64,000 bases of DNA from positions 1-64,000 of the forward strand of contig ADNK01002830.1 of assembly GCA_000320545.1 (NCBI GenBank), given 5' to 3'. The notes below the pieces were generated by a model. It saw only the letters and a list, made by a program, of their open reading frames with translations, made no database searches and had not been told where the DNA came from. The first letter of the stretch is position 1; every line of letters starts with the position of its first letter. Made by a program: the position numbers and the translations under genes. Shown in pieces: positions 11,758 to 25,935 of this stretch. The DNA is from Bigelowiella natans CCMP2755. Its lineage: Eukaryota > Protista > Cercozoa.

Positions 11758-14700
11758 TAATCGCTCTATATTATTGAAGAATATATTCGTTTGTCTCTTG
11801 TTGCATTTTTCTTTGTTTTTCTTAAACTGCTGTTTCCAGGACTGTCGCAAGGTCGAACAGTTCTTTCCCCTTCGAGCCAGTTGATGGTGCATCATCCGTA
11901 ACGAGTTACACTGGAAAGTATCTCGCAATCAGTGAGCTGAGTGCCCCTCCATTCATACCCGGAAGTAGCTATGTTTTCAGCGTCACAGCAACCGCCATGG
12001 GAAGTGGGGTGGGAGCGGGTGGATTAAGAGGGATGTCGACGATGACTTTGACACTTAATTCTCCACCACGACTTGGCACATGTTCCTGCACACCTTCAAC
12101 AGGTAGAGATACACGACCCCGATGAATGATACATTATGACGACAGGACAACGTAGCCACAAGCACATTCTTTTATGAGAAAGACTTAGTTTATAAATTGT
12201 ATCAAAATGAAAATGTTAGGAATGGTGGTCTCGACTGTCTTCAAGTTGAACTGCAGTGGTTGGATGGATGCGGAAAATGATTTTCCTTTGCAGTATTTGT
12301 TCCAGCTAGTAGCAAGCAACGGCAGCGAATCTGCCACTACCACGACTAATGTGCTAGATTTGTCCTCTCTTCAGCTCTCTAACGAACTCTACACAGTTTT
12401 GCCTCCTCCTCTATCAACAGGTTAAATTGATATAAAGCCCAGAAGCACATATTTAATGCAGAAACCAAAATATTTTGACTAACTTGAAGAATACTTGCAT
12501 CGTCGCCAATCATATTATTTCTCACTTATTATGTATGTGCACAGAAGGTAGCAATGCCAACGGTTTGATCACGCTGAGGACCCTCGTATCAGACAGTTTA
12601 GGTTTCTAGAAGCTTAGCAGCATATGAAATAATGAAGTAGTAAGTAGTAGTAGTTGTTATAGCAGTAGCAACATTTTGTCCACCACTTCTCCTCGATGAT
12701 ATAAGAATGAATCATCCTCAGGCTCTTCGAATCCAAGGGTGTTCACTGCTAATGTGCAAGGGACTATAGACGCATTTAATATTACAAAGATCCTACTGCA
12801 GCTTCAGGAGAAAAGTTAGTAAGTTTACTTGCTCCTTTGTGACAGAAGAAACAAATAAAGCAGAAGGACAAATCTTTATATGTTGTGGAACTTGATCGTT
12901 CCTACTCTTACTAACTAACATGAGAGCGAGTTCCTCTGCCTCCCATGTTTTTAACCCCTTTCCCTCCATCTATTGTCTCTTTCTCTCTTTCGTTCTTCTA
13001 AACCGACCCCAGTTGACCAGCGAGAGTTGGAGCAAGCAAACGTCTTGTTTGCTGTGGCCTTGAACTACACCGACACGGAGAGCTACTCCTCTTCGCATAT
13101 ACTTGAGCGTCAATATGTACGTCAGCGGCTGTCGGCTCTGATCCTGAGCTACGCACGTGCTGCAGAGCCTGTAGTTGAAACCCGGCCAGTGGAACTAGAC
13201 CCTTGGGCATCGACTGCACTGATACTCAAAGGAATAGCCAGCTTTCACGACATTCAAGAGTCTACAGAAACTATGCGAGATAATGTGCTGGACACCGCTA
13301 CCCTATTAATTGGATCACGCGTGTTGTCGTCCTCGGTATTGATGATGAGATGATGATGATGATGATGATGGAAACATGATGTCGCAAAGGGCTATATGAC
13401 TACATTTTGATCGAATTTGTTAGCGGTAATGCTTCTCTCTTCTCTCCACCTTAGGTTTTGCCAAACCTGCTCAATTCGGCGCTTGGCGTCCAGAATCAAG
13501 TATCACAACTAGGTTGACTACCTATGACATGCCTGCTCGTCTGTTGTTTGCATGTGCTTTTTGTAAAAATATCTCTTCCCATGCTATAACCAGGAACAGA
13601 CGCAGAGAAACGGATTGTGAGTGGTCGGACGGAGGCCATATGCATTGATGGCGCCCAACTTCTGTTGAGAGGGACTGTTCCAGGGGAAGAGTCCAAAGAA
13701 ATCATCCTAGGGCAAGGTGTGTTGTTACCTCTTATATTAGTAGTAGTAGCTGCTCCCTGTACAGCGACTGTGATTTCTCAAGAGTAGTACAATATTTCAT
13801 GGCTGATCAAACGTTGTGTGCTGTCGCATAACCAGAAACGGCCATCGTGGCGAAGAGATTTGGTAGTGCTGAGGCTGCTTCGGAGCGCAATAGCATGTCA
13901 TCGAGCGTGGGGGCAAATTTCAGCTTTCGTCTCCCAATGTATACTCTATCAATACGACGAATATACTATCTGCTGATTTTCTCACCTCTTAACCCCCAGT
14001 CGTGATTTTTTTCATCCACTCACTCCACCATGTTCTAACACACAATTCAGGCACCTCCCTGCCTCCACAGTAGATGCCTTGTGCTTTTATTCTCGCATTC
14101 CTACATACCCCGGAAGGCTAGCAACAGGTACCGTGTTAGTCAAGCACTCGGTCAGCTGGCAAACGCATCGACGAATGAAGACTATCCGATTCTGCATCTG
14201 ACAATACGTCGTTATCAGGAACTTTATCCATCGAATTGAGAGCGGAAGGACAAGTGATCGCACCTCTTGTGACGGAAAGCAATCCTTACGGTAAGAAATA
14301 AATGCTCATAATATATTAAATTACGCAGTGCAAGCAAATCACGATGATAAGGCCATGACGATACACACAATGATGTGCTACAAACTCCACATCAGAGTTG
14401 AATATTCCAGCAATCTTCACGAACGGAAGTTACTGCCAGTTTTATAACATCACAACACAGAATTGGGACAACAAAGGCATGACTTTCTCAGGGTATACGT
14501 TTTGCAACTTATGCTGAATATTCGCTCATTCATTGCTCATGATACTATGTTCCCATCCAGGTACACCGAAAACCCTGACGGAATTAGAACGATGCTGTGT
14601 CAAAGCACCCATTTGACTTCATTTAGCGGCAGCGATTATGCCATTAACATCAACGATGTAGGCCCCCTCAAAGCTGAAGTATTTGCGCTCGAGCAACCGG

Positions 14701-17700
14701 TAGTTCTCCCGATAGAATTGAAATGAGATTTGTTGATTTGATGCCCTTGTTTTTGTCTCTACAACCAGTCCTCTTCATCGCCCTTGTTCGCTACTTCATC
14801 ATTATTGATACGATGACAACTATGATAATGATGATATGGCTCGTAACTAGGTAATGATCTTCAACTTGGCATTATTTGCTCTGTACATTCTGGTGATAGT
14901 GGGTTGGTATTTGTGCTGCAACCCTCGTTGGTCAAAGCTGCCCGTCACCCAACTCGAGCAATCCAACAAATTCTGGATCAGGTATTATTCCGTTGCTTGT
15001 GTATTATAGTTCTTAGCAACATCTCCAAAAGACACCGCAGGACGAAACTAACTGCTGATGGACGAATTGGCACGGAGCATATAGATGAATGATATGTTTA
15101 ACATACGCTCTCTTTTTAAATTCATTCATATGCATAGGATGGTGTGGGCAAGCCATGCGAAGGTCTACGGAGAACGGAGCTGGCGGGCTTTAGGCAGAAT
15201 GGTAGGCACACCACTCGTCACGATGGGAAATTAGAGGGAAGGAGGGGGGGAGGGGGGGGGAGGAGAGACATAATGCGCAGAGCAAAGCGTTCATATTTAT
15301 GATTCTTCAGCTCTATTGGGGATTTCGAAACTACCATCCCTGGTTAGCGTGCATAATGCACGACAAAGCAGATTACATTGGCTTCATCAAAAGATGGACG
15401 GTAAGTTAAAAAAGAACATTATTAACTATTTTTCGGAGTGATGATGGACCGTCATCGTGACAGTCGTTCTACGTACATTTGCCTACCTACTAAACAGTTG
15501 CTCATGGTGATAATGTTCAATTCTGCGGCCATATCAACATTATTACTGGGAACTGAGCAACAACTCTTCGGCATGCCTCGGTACTTATGCTGCTGATTTT
15601 AATGAAAATAATTATAATGATAATAATGACGATGATGTTCAAATAGCAACGCTGACATGAAGAAGGGTAACGGAAAGAACATTTACTGCAATTATTGGTT
15701 TTGTGCTTAATGATGATTATGCTTTAGGTGGCTCGCTGCGTCAATTATTGGAACGATTCTGTCTTTCCCAATACCAATCATCATAAAGAAGGCATATGAC
15801 CGCAGAAGTACGTACTACCATTTTTACCTTTTCTCTTTCCTTTTTCTCGTTCTATTCTTGTTGTTGTTGTTGTTCCTCTTTTTCTCCTTGTCTTCGGTTT
15901 CATGTTGGTTGCTTTATTGCCATACATTTATCCGCTGCTAACAAACACTGTGCAAAAAGGTCCAGAGGAATACAGAGTGGCGATAAGCGATCGAAGGATT
16001 GGTTGCGTGCGCAGAATTCTAATTTTTATCTCTGGAATCATTGGAAAGGTGCTTGTCATATTTCAGCTTCCCTCCTGTTGCTGTCCAGAAACTGCCCTCT
16101 TCCTCCTCCTCCTCCTCCTCCTCCTCCTCCTCACAATGTTCTTCCTCTCTTTAGAAAGTGTTGAATGCATGGTTGCATACGACAGATACCTTTAACAATT
16201 GCACACCGTTAGACATCGATCGAGATTAGACGTTCTCAGCCCAGGGGTTCAAACAGAAACAGCAGCGTTAGTTCTGCCGGCTCCTACGAGAAAAATAACG
16301 CTCTTCGACGCCGCGACATAGAGATGATGGAGTCTCAGATGAGTAGGCAAAGCGACATCAAAGGTGGTTTTGTTAATCTCAAGAAGCTGTTACGGATTGT
16401 TTCATTTTCACGAACGAATATCAGAATGGTGGATGATGATGATGATGATGTGATCACATCATCATCATCATCATCATCTAGGCCCATTGAGCTATAGGCT
16501 GTCTATAATAGAAAGATTGACCATTTCATCTCCTGTTTATTTTCAGGATTGAAAGTGGAAATGAAGGACAATGCAAAGATTAGATCGATTCGTGTAGATT
16601 CTAAATTTGACAACATTCTGAAGCCGTACGATGACACGAAACGCACAGGCGATTCACGCACAAGCGATTCAAGAACAAGCGATTCAAGAACAAGCGATTC
16701 AAGAACTTCGCAGGGAAATCGATACGGGGACAACGTTCGGCTTTCAGTTCTGATGCCAGAAACTGCTTTGGGAGCGAATGGGGATGTATTAGGCACCATA
16801 ACAGAGGCGAATATACCTCCTAAAAAAACGAGTTGCTGCCGCTCCTTCTGCTGCTACCCAGATGATGACGGCAAGTTGGACAGTCATGATATCGGTCGAA
16901 ATAACTTCAAATACAACTTTTGGGACAGAGTGACACTTGCAGCGTCCATAATCATTATTCTCGGTTGCTGGCTTGTCATTGCTGGAATCACATACAACGC
17001 CGTTAAGGACCAAAGACTAGTCCTACCCGTGATACTCTTAACCTGGTTTGAGGACTTCTGTGTGCGCACGCTCATCATCACCATTTTGCATGTCATATTC
17101 TTCTGTCCTTTCTGCTGCTGCTGCACGGCCAAGATCGCCCCACGGACGAGAAAGAAGAAGAAGAAGAAAAACAAGAAGAAAAAGCTTGCTGTTGCAGAGG
17201 AATTCATAAAATCAGTGACTATGGATGAAGAAGATCCTGGTTTCGATACAACGGAACTGTATGTAACGAAGGTCTATCCTCGGATGCAAGGAGACCGTGT
17301 TGGCGTCTTGCCTGGATGGAGGGTGTGTATTGTATTACATCGCACTAGTCTTTGTTTTGGTTTGTGCTATCTATATGCCCAACAATTGTAACTCACATGA
17401 AGTGTTGCTGCTCCCAATTAGGTTGTTTCAGTGGACTCTCTCGAAGTCTACAGTGACCAGATGTTTATGGAAGTTCTTTCGGAGAAAAATCGCATTTACA
17501 AGGAATTTAAGATCACTTTTGAGGCGTACTATGGGAACTCGCACGTAGAGAGACAGTTGAAGAAACATGGCCACATTGCGCCAAAAAAGCAAACTACAGG
17601 GCAAAACATAAGGGTGGCTCCAGTCGACCCCATCCATTTCGCGGCAACAGATGTGATAATGGAAGAGCCATCAGATCAGAAATATCATGGAAATAATGCA

Positions 17701-17892
17701 AATCCACCGGTTCAGCTGCTCCGTCAATACTCTGGATCGCCTGTGTATGGAACATCTTCAAGCTCGGGCAAAGCACAGGGGAAGACTTCCTCCACGACGC
17801 CAAGTGTTACCCCGTCCATTAGAATCATGCCCATATCGTCTGATAGGAAAGGAATATCTGCGAAAAAGGCTGCAACTATTATGAGCTTATAG
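7620..17892 (+). CDS. Polycystin/PKD1-like REJ + GPS(GAIN) membrane receptor with mucin-like stalk and C-terminal PDZ-like domain, multi-exon; 5' end uncertain
   Basis: REJ hallmarks (FNASRSFDPN, LNSPPRLGTCSCTPSTG, FKLNCSGWMDAENDFPLQYLF). GPS motif CQFYNITTQNWDNKG...MLCQSTHLTSF with the HL|T cleavage consensus. About 5 hydrophobic segments; YHPWL motif; tail LYVTKVYPRMQGDRVGVLPGWRVVSVD. Confidence 0.8.
8218..8778 (+). repeat. Coding minisatellite, 8 x 69/72-bp units (S/T/P-rich stalk)
   Basis: Near-identical units encoding I(T/A)PSLSPTSTPSTSPLASSS(G/AS)PT. Confidence 0.95.
16651..16710 (+). repeat. 15-bp coding tandem repeat x4 (DSRTS)
   Basis: GATTCAAGAACAAGC units in a cytoplasmic loop exon of the PKD-like gene. 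Confidence 0.85.
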
Positions 17893-18632
17893 GTTCGTGA
17901 TCATCAGGGCCTTACTGCCTTCGGAAGAACAGAATGAAGTCGCGACCTTGTGTCCCATTATGATGTGTTGTTATGTTGAACGTAGAATTGTTGTACGACA
18001 AATGTCGACTGCTCATGCAAGCTCAAAATAAGCGATCAAGCGATTGGATATGATACAGCACGCACTGCATGTCGTGACAACAACAAAGCCACATTTCTAA
18101 AACTACTAGACTATGCTAATAATTTTTCGCGCGTTACACGCCTGCATTCGCGACCTTTGACTCCACACAGGTCAGAGTTAGACGACATCACTAAAAGCAC
18201 AATTCTTATGCCTCGGGTGGGCTTTTGTGGCAGTGCTCATGCACTTGTAGCAGCGCTGTGACAAATGACGCGAATTGAGCTGCATGTTGGATTGGTTGTG
18301 CTTCCCCCGCCCCCGCAACATACGAAGACTGTATGCTGCGTCAGCCACAATGAATTTTTCGCCACCGCAAGCATGCATAATGATAAGAGCTCACTGCAAT
18401 GCGCGCGTACAAGGTTGCATTTGCTACAGGACTAATCGGCCAAATCTTAAAGCAAAATTGTACATTCATTTGGGTGCACGTCATTCAATATTTTCGATGG
18501 CCAATGTGCATGCATGAACTGTGTGAGAATTAGCAGTAATCACAGCTCAAACGTTACAGTTTCTGTATCGTACTTCAATGTATAGCCTCTGATTCATCTC
18601 TGTTCTTCCTCTGTTCCCTTTCTCAGGCTGCT

Positions 18633-19693
18633 TCATTCTTCCCCCTCATTCTCCTCCTTTTCTTCTTCCATCAAGCCTAGCAACACCTTGGTCTTCTTAA
18701 AGTATCGCTCCGCAACATCCGACACATTGTTATGGTTGTTGTTATTGCCATTTCTATTTGCATTCGCCATCCTGTGATTGTAGCTTCTACTGCTACCATT
18801 GGGTCTATTCCAACCTTCCATTTTAGTCGAGGAAGAAGGCAGCGAGAGGCTATCAGTGTCACCCCTGATTTCGTTGACTCTCTGACGATGCCAGAGCATG
18901 CGCTCCTCCACAGTGCCTTTGCAGTACAACAGACGGCACTGAACTCTCCCTACTTGTCCGATTCGGTGGCACCTGTTAAGTGCTTGAGCCTCTTCACCCG
19001 CCTGATGGATGATGATGACGATGATGATGATGATGATGATGATATGATGCTGATCTTGATGATGACAATATCAACGACGATAAATGGAACAAGCAGCGGC
19101 GGTGCCGTCATCATCATCATCATCATCAATATTATAATCATCAAATGAATAGCGTTCGGAGGTGGTGATGATAGTGATGTGATGATGAAAGCTTGTAAAT
19201 GTGTAGTGACTGGAGGAGGGTTCAGCAGCAACTAAAGCATGATGACTACTTTCTCGAAAGGCTCGAGGAGAATCACGTGTCGTGCTACAGTCAACGTCAG
19301 CCCCGATGCTGCTGGACCTGTCCCATATAAAATGATGGTGAGAGAAATTCATCCAAAGGAAGGGAGGGAAGCTTGATGGTGGTAAATCATGATAACGAAC
19401 AACAGCCGATGATAACTCATCATCATCATCGTCATTGTTGTTGTTGTTGTTGTTGATGATGATGATGATATATGTATTCCAACAACCTGCATGTAGGAGC
19501 AAGACGGTGCATCCTCGGTCCACATTGAACGTCTGAACAGCCTCCTGCAATCTATCCGCTCGATCCCCTGCAACATAGTAGTAGCAGTAGTAGTGCTGAC
19601 CATTTCATTACCAAACAGTCATTGGATAGAGAGAAATATCATGGTAGGAGTAGTAGTAGTAGTAGTAGTAATAATAGTAGTATCAAGCAGCCC

Positions 19694-19724
<31 letters not shown>

Positions 19725-21197
19725 TGTAGGACAACTACTGCTACCTTTTACAATGCGGACGCATCTGATCCCCGCCGACTCGATGACCTGCGATGATCAT
19801 ATGATTGGTGGAGCAATTTCAAATGACCAACGAATGGGCTGATTAATAACTGATGATGCACAGCATGATAGCAGCTCTGAAGAGAGATAAGGTAGGACAG
19901 TGGCATTTAAAAGAGGGGAGGGGTAGAAGGAAAGAGAAGAAGCACACACTCACAATCATCATCATCATCATCATCACCATCACCACCATCACTACCACCA
20001 CACCTACAGCATCATTATCATCGTGACTAGACCTTGGCGGCATGTAGAATTGCGCTTTTATGCTGCGAAAATACGACAACTTTATTCCCTTTGAGAGCCC
20101 TCACCTCCTCGACAAGTGCTGCTAGCTTTGGGGACCACCATCTTTGAAGCATTCGTGATGACGACGATGATGACGATGACGATGACGACGACGACGATGA
20201 TGATGATGATGATGATGAGGCATCTTTCTTCTGCTTGTTCTTCTTCTTCGCCGTGGTCGCGGTTGTCCTTATAACCATCAGCAAATTCAATAATCCATCA
20301 AGATGGCACCAACAGTTATTGATAAAAAGCAAACGGATGATTCACTCGTTCCTTCGATAATAATCCGTCATGACAAATTTGGACAAATAGTTGTTCGATT
20401 ATCATCTAGGACACTGATGAGAGCAAGAATAACGGTCCAATAATTGGACATACTCTCTTCTTCCTCCTCTTCCTCGGAATTACTCGTGGTAATAAGTAAG
20501 TAAGTAAGTATACAAGTAAGTAGTACCCTGCTGTTGTTCTGTTTGCTGGTTGAGTGGAAAGGGGGGGCATGGTCTGGGCTTTTGCATGGAGGGAGATCCC
20601 TCCCGTTGCATTGTGAAAGTGTGTGACGAGCAGGTTAGAGAAGGCTGGAAATCTAGCCACACGAGATAGCAACCTACCCAATTCTCTTGGTGCTGCAAAG
20701 TACAACAGGGGGTAGAGGAGAACAAAGAATCAAGGCAGAGAAGGAAAATAGCAGCATATATCTTGGTTAATCCTCCTCGCTGCTGTATACTTACATTTAA
20801 CAAGTAGTAGTAGTAGCAGTAGTAGTAGTAGTAGTAGTACCAGGAATTTCTGCGAGAGTTTCCTTTGTTGCAGCAGGACTATATTCAAGGGTGTTGGACA
20901 ACGACGATGACGATGATGATGATGATGACAAAGAGGAAGGCCTTCGCTGCTGGCCCTTCTTGGAAGATGGCGATTGTAATGCTACTGATGATGCCGATGA
21001 TGCTGTGTTGACTTTGACTCGAATAAGAGACTGCAGTGTGTAAATCTGCCTGCATTGAGGGCAGCGTGCCTGATTAGCACTAAGATGTCGTCGTCTGATT
21101 GTAATAATAATAATCCAACAACAACAACAAAGAAGAATGAACGGTGCTATGCTCGTGATATATATATATGGTCAGTGTGAATATATCTTGCAAGTAT

Positions 21198-21230
<33 letters not shown>

Positions 21231-21451
21231 CGGTCTTTGTCGACGTAGTGGGAGGCCTTGAAACATCTAAGAATACACTTGGCGCAGAACATGTGCACAC
21301 ACCGCGTAAATGTAGGCTCCTTCACCTACGTCAAAGCGAATAGTAGTGAGAGAAAGACGATGAGAAGAAGACAGGAGATCAATGAAAATAATTTGCTCTG
21401 AGCAAAACTGGAAAGCAGAATTTGATCAGGTGTTATCATCATTTTGTCAAG

Positions 21452-21487
<36 letters not shown>

Positions 21488-21568
21488 CATCTCTTGCCAC
21501 CACCATCCTACAGATATCATATTCACAGCTTCCCGTAATCACCCTTATTTCATATGGTTGTATGGCTG

Positions 21569-21602
<34 letters not shown>

Positions 21603-21648
21603 GACATCTCGTACTACTCCTGCTACTACTGCTACTACACTACTACTC

Positions 21649-21680
<32 letters not shown>

Positions 21681-21845
21681 CTCTACCTCATCAAGACAAA
21701 TGGAGCAATTCCCACTTTTGCCTTCAACCAGGTCATTCAGCAGCTGAAACCCTGTCTGCCCTAGGTTGTGTGCAACATAGATATCTCCCTCCCCCCCCTT
21801 TGCTTCTTGTCCATCTTTTCCTACCCTTGCTGCCACCACCTAGTC

Positions 21846-21879
<34 letters not shown>

Positions 21880-22059
21880 CAGTAGAGGTAGTACCAGCGG
21901 GAATGATGACGAGAGGGGCGAATAGACAACAAAAACAAAAACAGAGGCGGAAAGAAGGCAATGTGGGAAAACAAGGATAAACAGCACCAACGAATAACAA
22001 CAAAGAATCAGCATCACGACAATAATATAGAGGTTACTTTACTACCTACCACCACGCAT

Positions 22060-22090
<31 letters not shown>

Positions 22091-22368
22091 CTTTTCTAGG
22101 AGCTTTTGATAAGGGAGAAGGTCAGTCAAGGCAATCTTTGACTTGGAAGCTTCTAAGACGATGTTGAACATGTCATCCTGCAATGCACGATAGTACCCGT
22201 CGTGGCTCACTATTCCGGGTATAGCGGTGTTGGGCCGCCATCCTACGATATCCTTACAATTGCGCAGCTTTTCACGTGCCTGCACCAGCTCCTCGCGCTT
22301 TCGCCAGCCCCTAATGGCGTTGTTGTTTCAATTTTATTGTTAGGTTTTAGAGGGGGAGGATGTATTAC

Positions 22369-22401
<33 letters not shown>

Positions 22402-22493
22402 AAGATACGATTAACAAAAACAACAATAAAAGGTTGAGGAAGCAGAAGAAGAATGACGCACAAAAATCGATTTGATAGAGGCAAGATGAGGAT

Positions 22494-22525
<32 letters not shown>

Positions 22526-22794
22526 GTGTTCATAATGACTAAAAGGACTACTGCTGCTGCTGCTGCTGCTGCTGCTACATTGTTGATTTAGTTCCTATTT
22601 TCCCTGTTTCCCCATCAGTAGTAGGTGCCGCAGCGTCCTCCTTGAGCTGCTGTATCTTGTTTGTTAGCCTTATGCGCCGAAATAGCCGACGTGAATGTCG
22701 CATGCTAAGATTTGGAAGCCAAATACGTCCTGAGAGAATAGTAATACAGACGGTGTAAATAATATAGATTACATGACGATGAGGCAGATGGTGA

Positions 22795-22830
<36 letters not shown>

Positions 22831-24077
22831 TTGCTTGCTTGTGCAATTTCTCCAAATCTATCATCACCATCTCTTCATTCTGGCTAGTCCAGATAAGATT
22901 TGACTGACGTTTGTTAGAATGTTTGTGGTAGCAACTAACGTAACTCTCTTTTATTGGAAACTAACAGCATGGAAGAGCAGCAGCAGCAGCAGCTGCAGCA
23001 GTCATGCAACGATTGTCATCGCTTAAGCAAATCTTCTATCCATCTATCTATGTATCATCAAGCAGGCAAAATTGTGGTGCTGAATGGGGATTAATTTTTG
23101 CTGTCTCATGCCCTGCAAGTACCCACCGCTCGTTATTCTCTCGACGGCCATTTGCCAACGCTTGAGGGGTAGGAGCCTGACAGGTCTGCGAATCCTCATT
23201 ATCACCTGCAGCCCCTTCTCCTGCAACAACTTACCCAATGCCTTCCTTTGCTCTATCTTGAGCTTTTTCTTCCTCTCCTCTAGATGCTTCTTCTCGGTTT
23301 TTAAGTCAGCAGCGGCTGATGCAACTTTTTTCTTTAAAGAGTCAATAACAGCTTCCCCTTGATTTCCTGGTCCGCCATTGTAGGATGATGATGATGACGA
23401 TTTACCACTGTTGCTTCTTCGTTTAGCCCTGGCCTCAGAGAGATCTTTCTGGATCTTCTTTCTTTCCTGGTCTAGCTTCTGGATACGAATCTGAGCCAAA
23501 GATATCTCGCCATCCAACTACGTATTCATTAAAAAACAAATGTTGTCGTTACTACTTTCTACGGGAAGAAGGCAAACGTGTCATCACTCTCATCTTCAAA
23601 ATAAATTTGATTATCACCACATTCTCATCATCGACATTATTCAATCCACAACCTCTCCTCCCCCTCCTATCCGTATAATAGTTGCTATCATCAACATTAT
23701 CATCATCATCATCATCATCATCGTCATTCATTCGTGATCTCACTACTACTTGTTTATGTGGCTCAGTCATCTGTGCCAACAACATCAGCAGCTCTTTCTT
23801 ATTGAATGGCCTCTCTCTGCTAGTGGAAGGGTCCAAGACCTGTGATAAATGAGGGTATGTATCATCCCTCACTTACTACTACTACTACTACTACTCCTCG
23901 GCATGTAAATTCAAATAGAAGTACAAAAGCTAAGTAGGAATCATGTTCCTATCATTATCAGTATTTGTTCCATATATTCAATGTCTTCCAACAACGAGCT
24001 TTTTGATCACTACTGTTGGCTTTCATCATCCCACATCATCGTTGTCGTCGATTGACATCATCATCATCATCACCATA

Positions 24078-24111
<34 letters not shown>

Positions 24112-24771
24112 ACTGCGGCTGCTTAATGGCTGATAGGTCTACTTACACACGAATCTAAACATCCTCCTACCGAGAGACGTGATACATGTTGCGAATGAAA
24201 CTCTCTGCCAGAGGACTTGGGGTACTCAGTGCCTTTGCGCTCGTCCACTGTCACGAGATCGAAGACCCACTTTGCAGCTGCTGCTGAAAGATTGATCGAT
24301 AGGAGGATGGCATTATTGACGGAATTCCGCACACACCAGAGAGCCAGAGGGAAACAGCATCATTCTCGTCATCACATATTCATCATCATCATCAGCAGCA
24401 GCAGCAGCATCATCGTTACTACACCTTGACTCTCATCACTGTCCAATTTGATTGCTTTGCCATTGGTACTGGAGGAGCTGCTGCTGCTGCTTTGATTCGC
24501 TACTACTCGACGTATAGCAAGGGGTGTAACGATAACCCAACTGCGACATTTTGACTGATTGACTCGACTCTGATGCTCTCTAACTTTACTCTCAACGTTC
24601 GTCAGCCTCTCCTTTATAGACTCCATTGCACGCCTCCTCTTAGCGTCATAGTTGCGTGCGACATTGTCCGAGTGCCTCACCTGGCAGTAGTAATGAGTGA
24701 TTATAGTGATGATGATGATGATGATGATGATGATGGTGATAATGGTGATCTCTCTTTGGGTTGTTGCTGTT

Positions 24772-24802
<31 letters not shown>

Positions 24803-25045
24803 CATTTTTGACTCGAAGTGCGCGAAAGCGTCAAACTTACGAGGACCCCTTTCTACCGCTATGGAGCTGCTGGTACTGGCAGCCTTGCTCTGGAAACGAT
24901 TTTCACTGATCAAGGCATTTAGTGCTGCTGCTGCGTCCATGACGGGAAAGTTGCCGATTTCATATTCTTCAGCTTGCTTATCATCCTCCACCGCAATCAA
25001 GGCATTGTCCCAGCGTATTCTTTCCCTGGATTGATTGAATGAATA

Positions 25046-25078
<33 letters not shown>

Positions 25079-25898
25079 AACATCATAACGACGACAACGA
25101 CGATGGAGCAAATTGGACAACAGGTAAGAGGACGATAGGACAGTAGACGCCTCCTTTCACAATCTTCTTCTTCTTCTTCTTCTTACTTCTTCTTCGTTTT
25201 CTTCGATTACCGGAGAATATGATGTAGAGCACCTATCTGTGGCTGACAGCCCACACCACCGTTTATCATATGAGTCGATATGCAAACCTGCAGCAGTGGA
25301 AGAAGGAGAAGAAGCAGAGCAACAACAACAACAACAAATAAGAAGAAGAAGCAGTATAATCACTACAAGGAAATGATCGCTCGCAATGTACCGATTCTCT
25401 GGGCCGTCATGATTACTTTTTGATGTTGCTGTTGTTTGTTGTTGTTGTTGGTAAAGCACGAAAGGAAGTACCCACCTCCCTGAGCATCCTTAGCAGCGAC
25501 TGAACCTGCGGCATAGAGGTGCTGCCATCAGCACCTAGATCATCACTCATTACGCGCCTCAAGCTAGCAGCAGCCATCTCCTCGATGAAGCGGTAGATAT
25601 ACAGGTGCGACAACGATGACGATGATGATGATGATGATGCAACGTCTGCTCCTTCTCTTACCTAAATGTCGTCATCAACGTTTACGCACGCATGCACGTT
25701 CACATGAACATAAAACACATCGCCAATAACAATGCCTCGAAAAACTTTTGCATTTGATTTATCTCATACAGTTTGGTCGCTATTGATCTATCTGTTTCCC
25801 GAGCAAGCAGCAATGCTTGTAGAAGGGTGTTAGAGAAAGACAGAGAGGGAGAGAAGAGAAACGTGCTTAGCTAGGTTATCCATTGCGATGATATACAT

Positions 25899-25935
<37 letters not shown>

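Noticed and set aside
18732-25613. Many ORFs with poly-I/M/D/H/L/V/S tracts
   Set aside because: These are translations of intronic microsatellites, not proteins.
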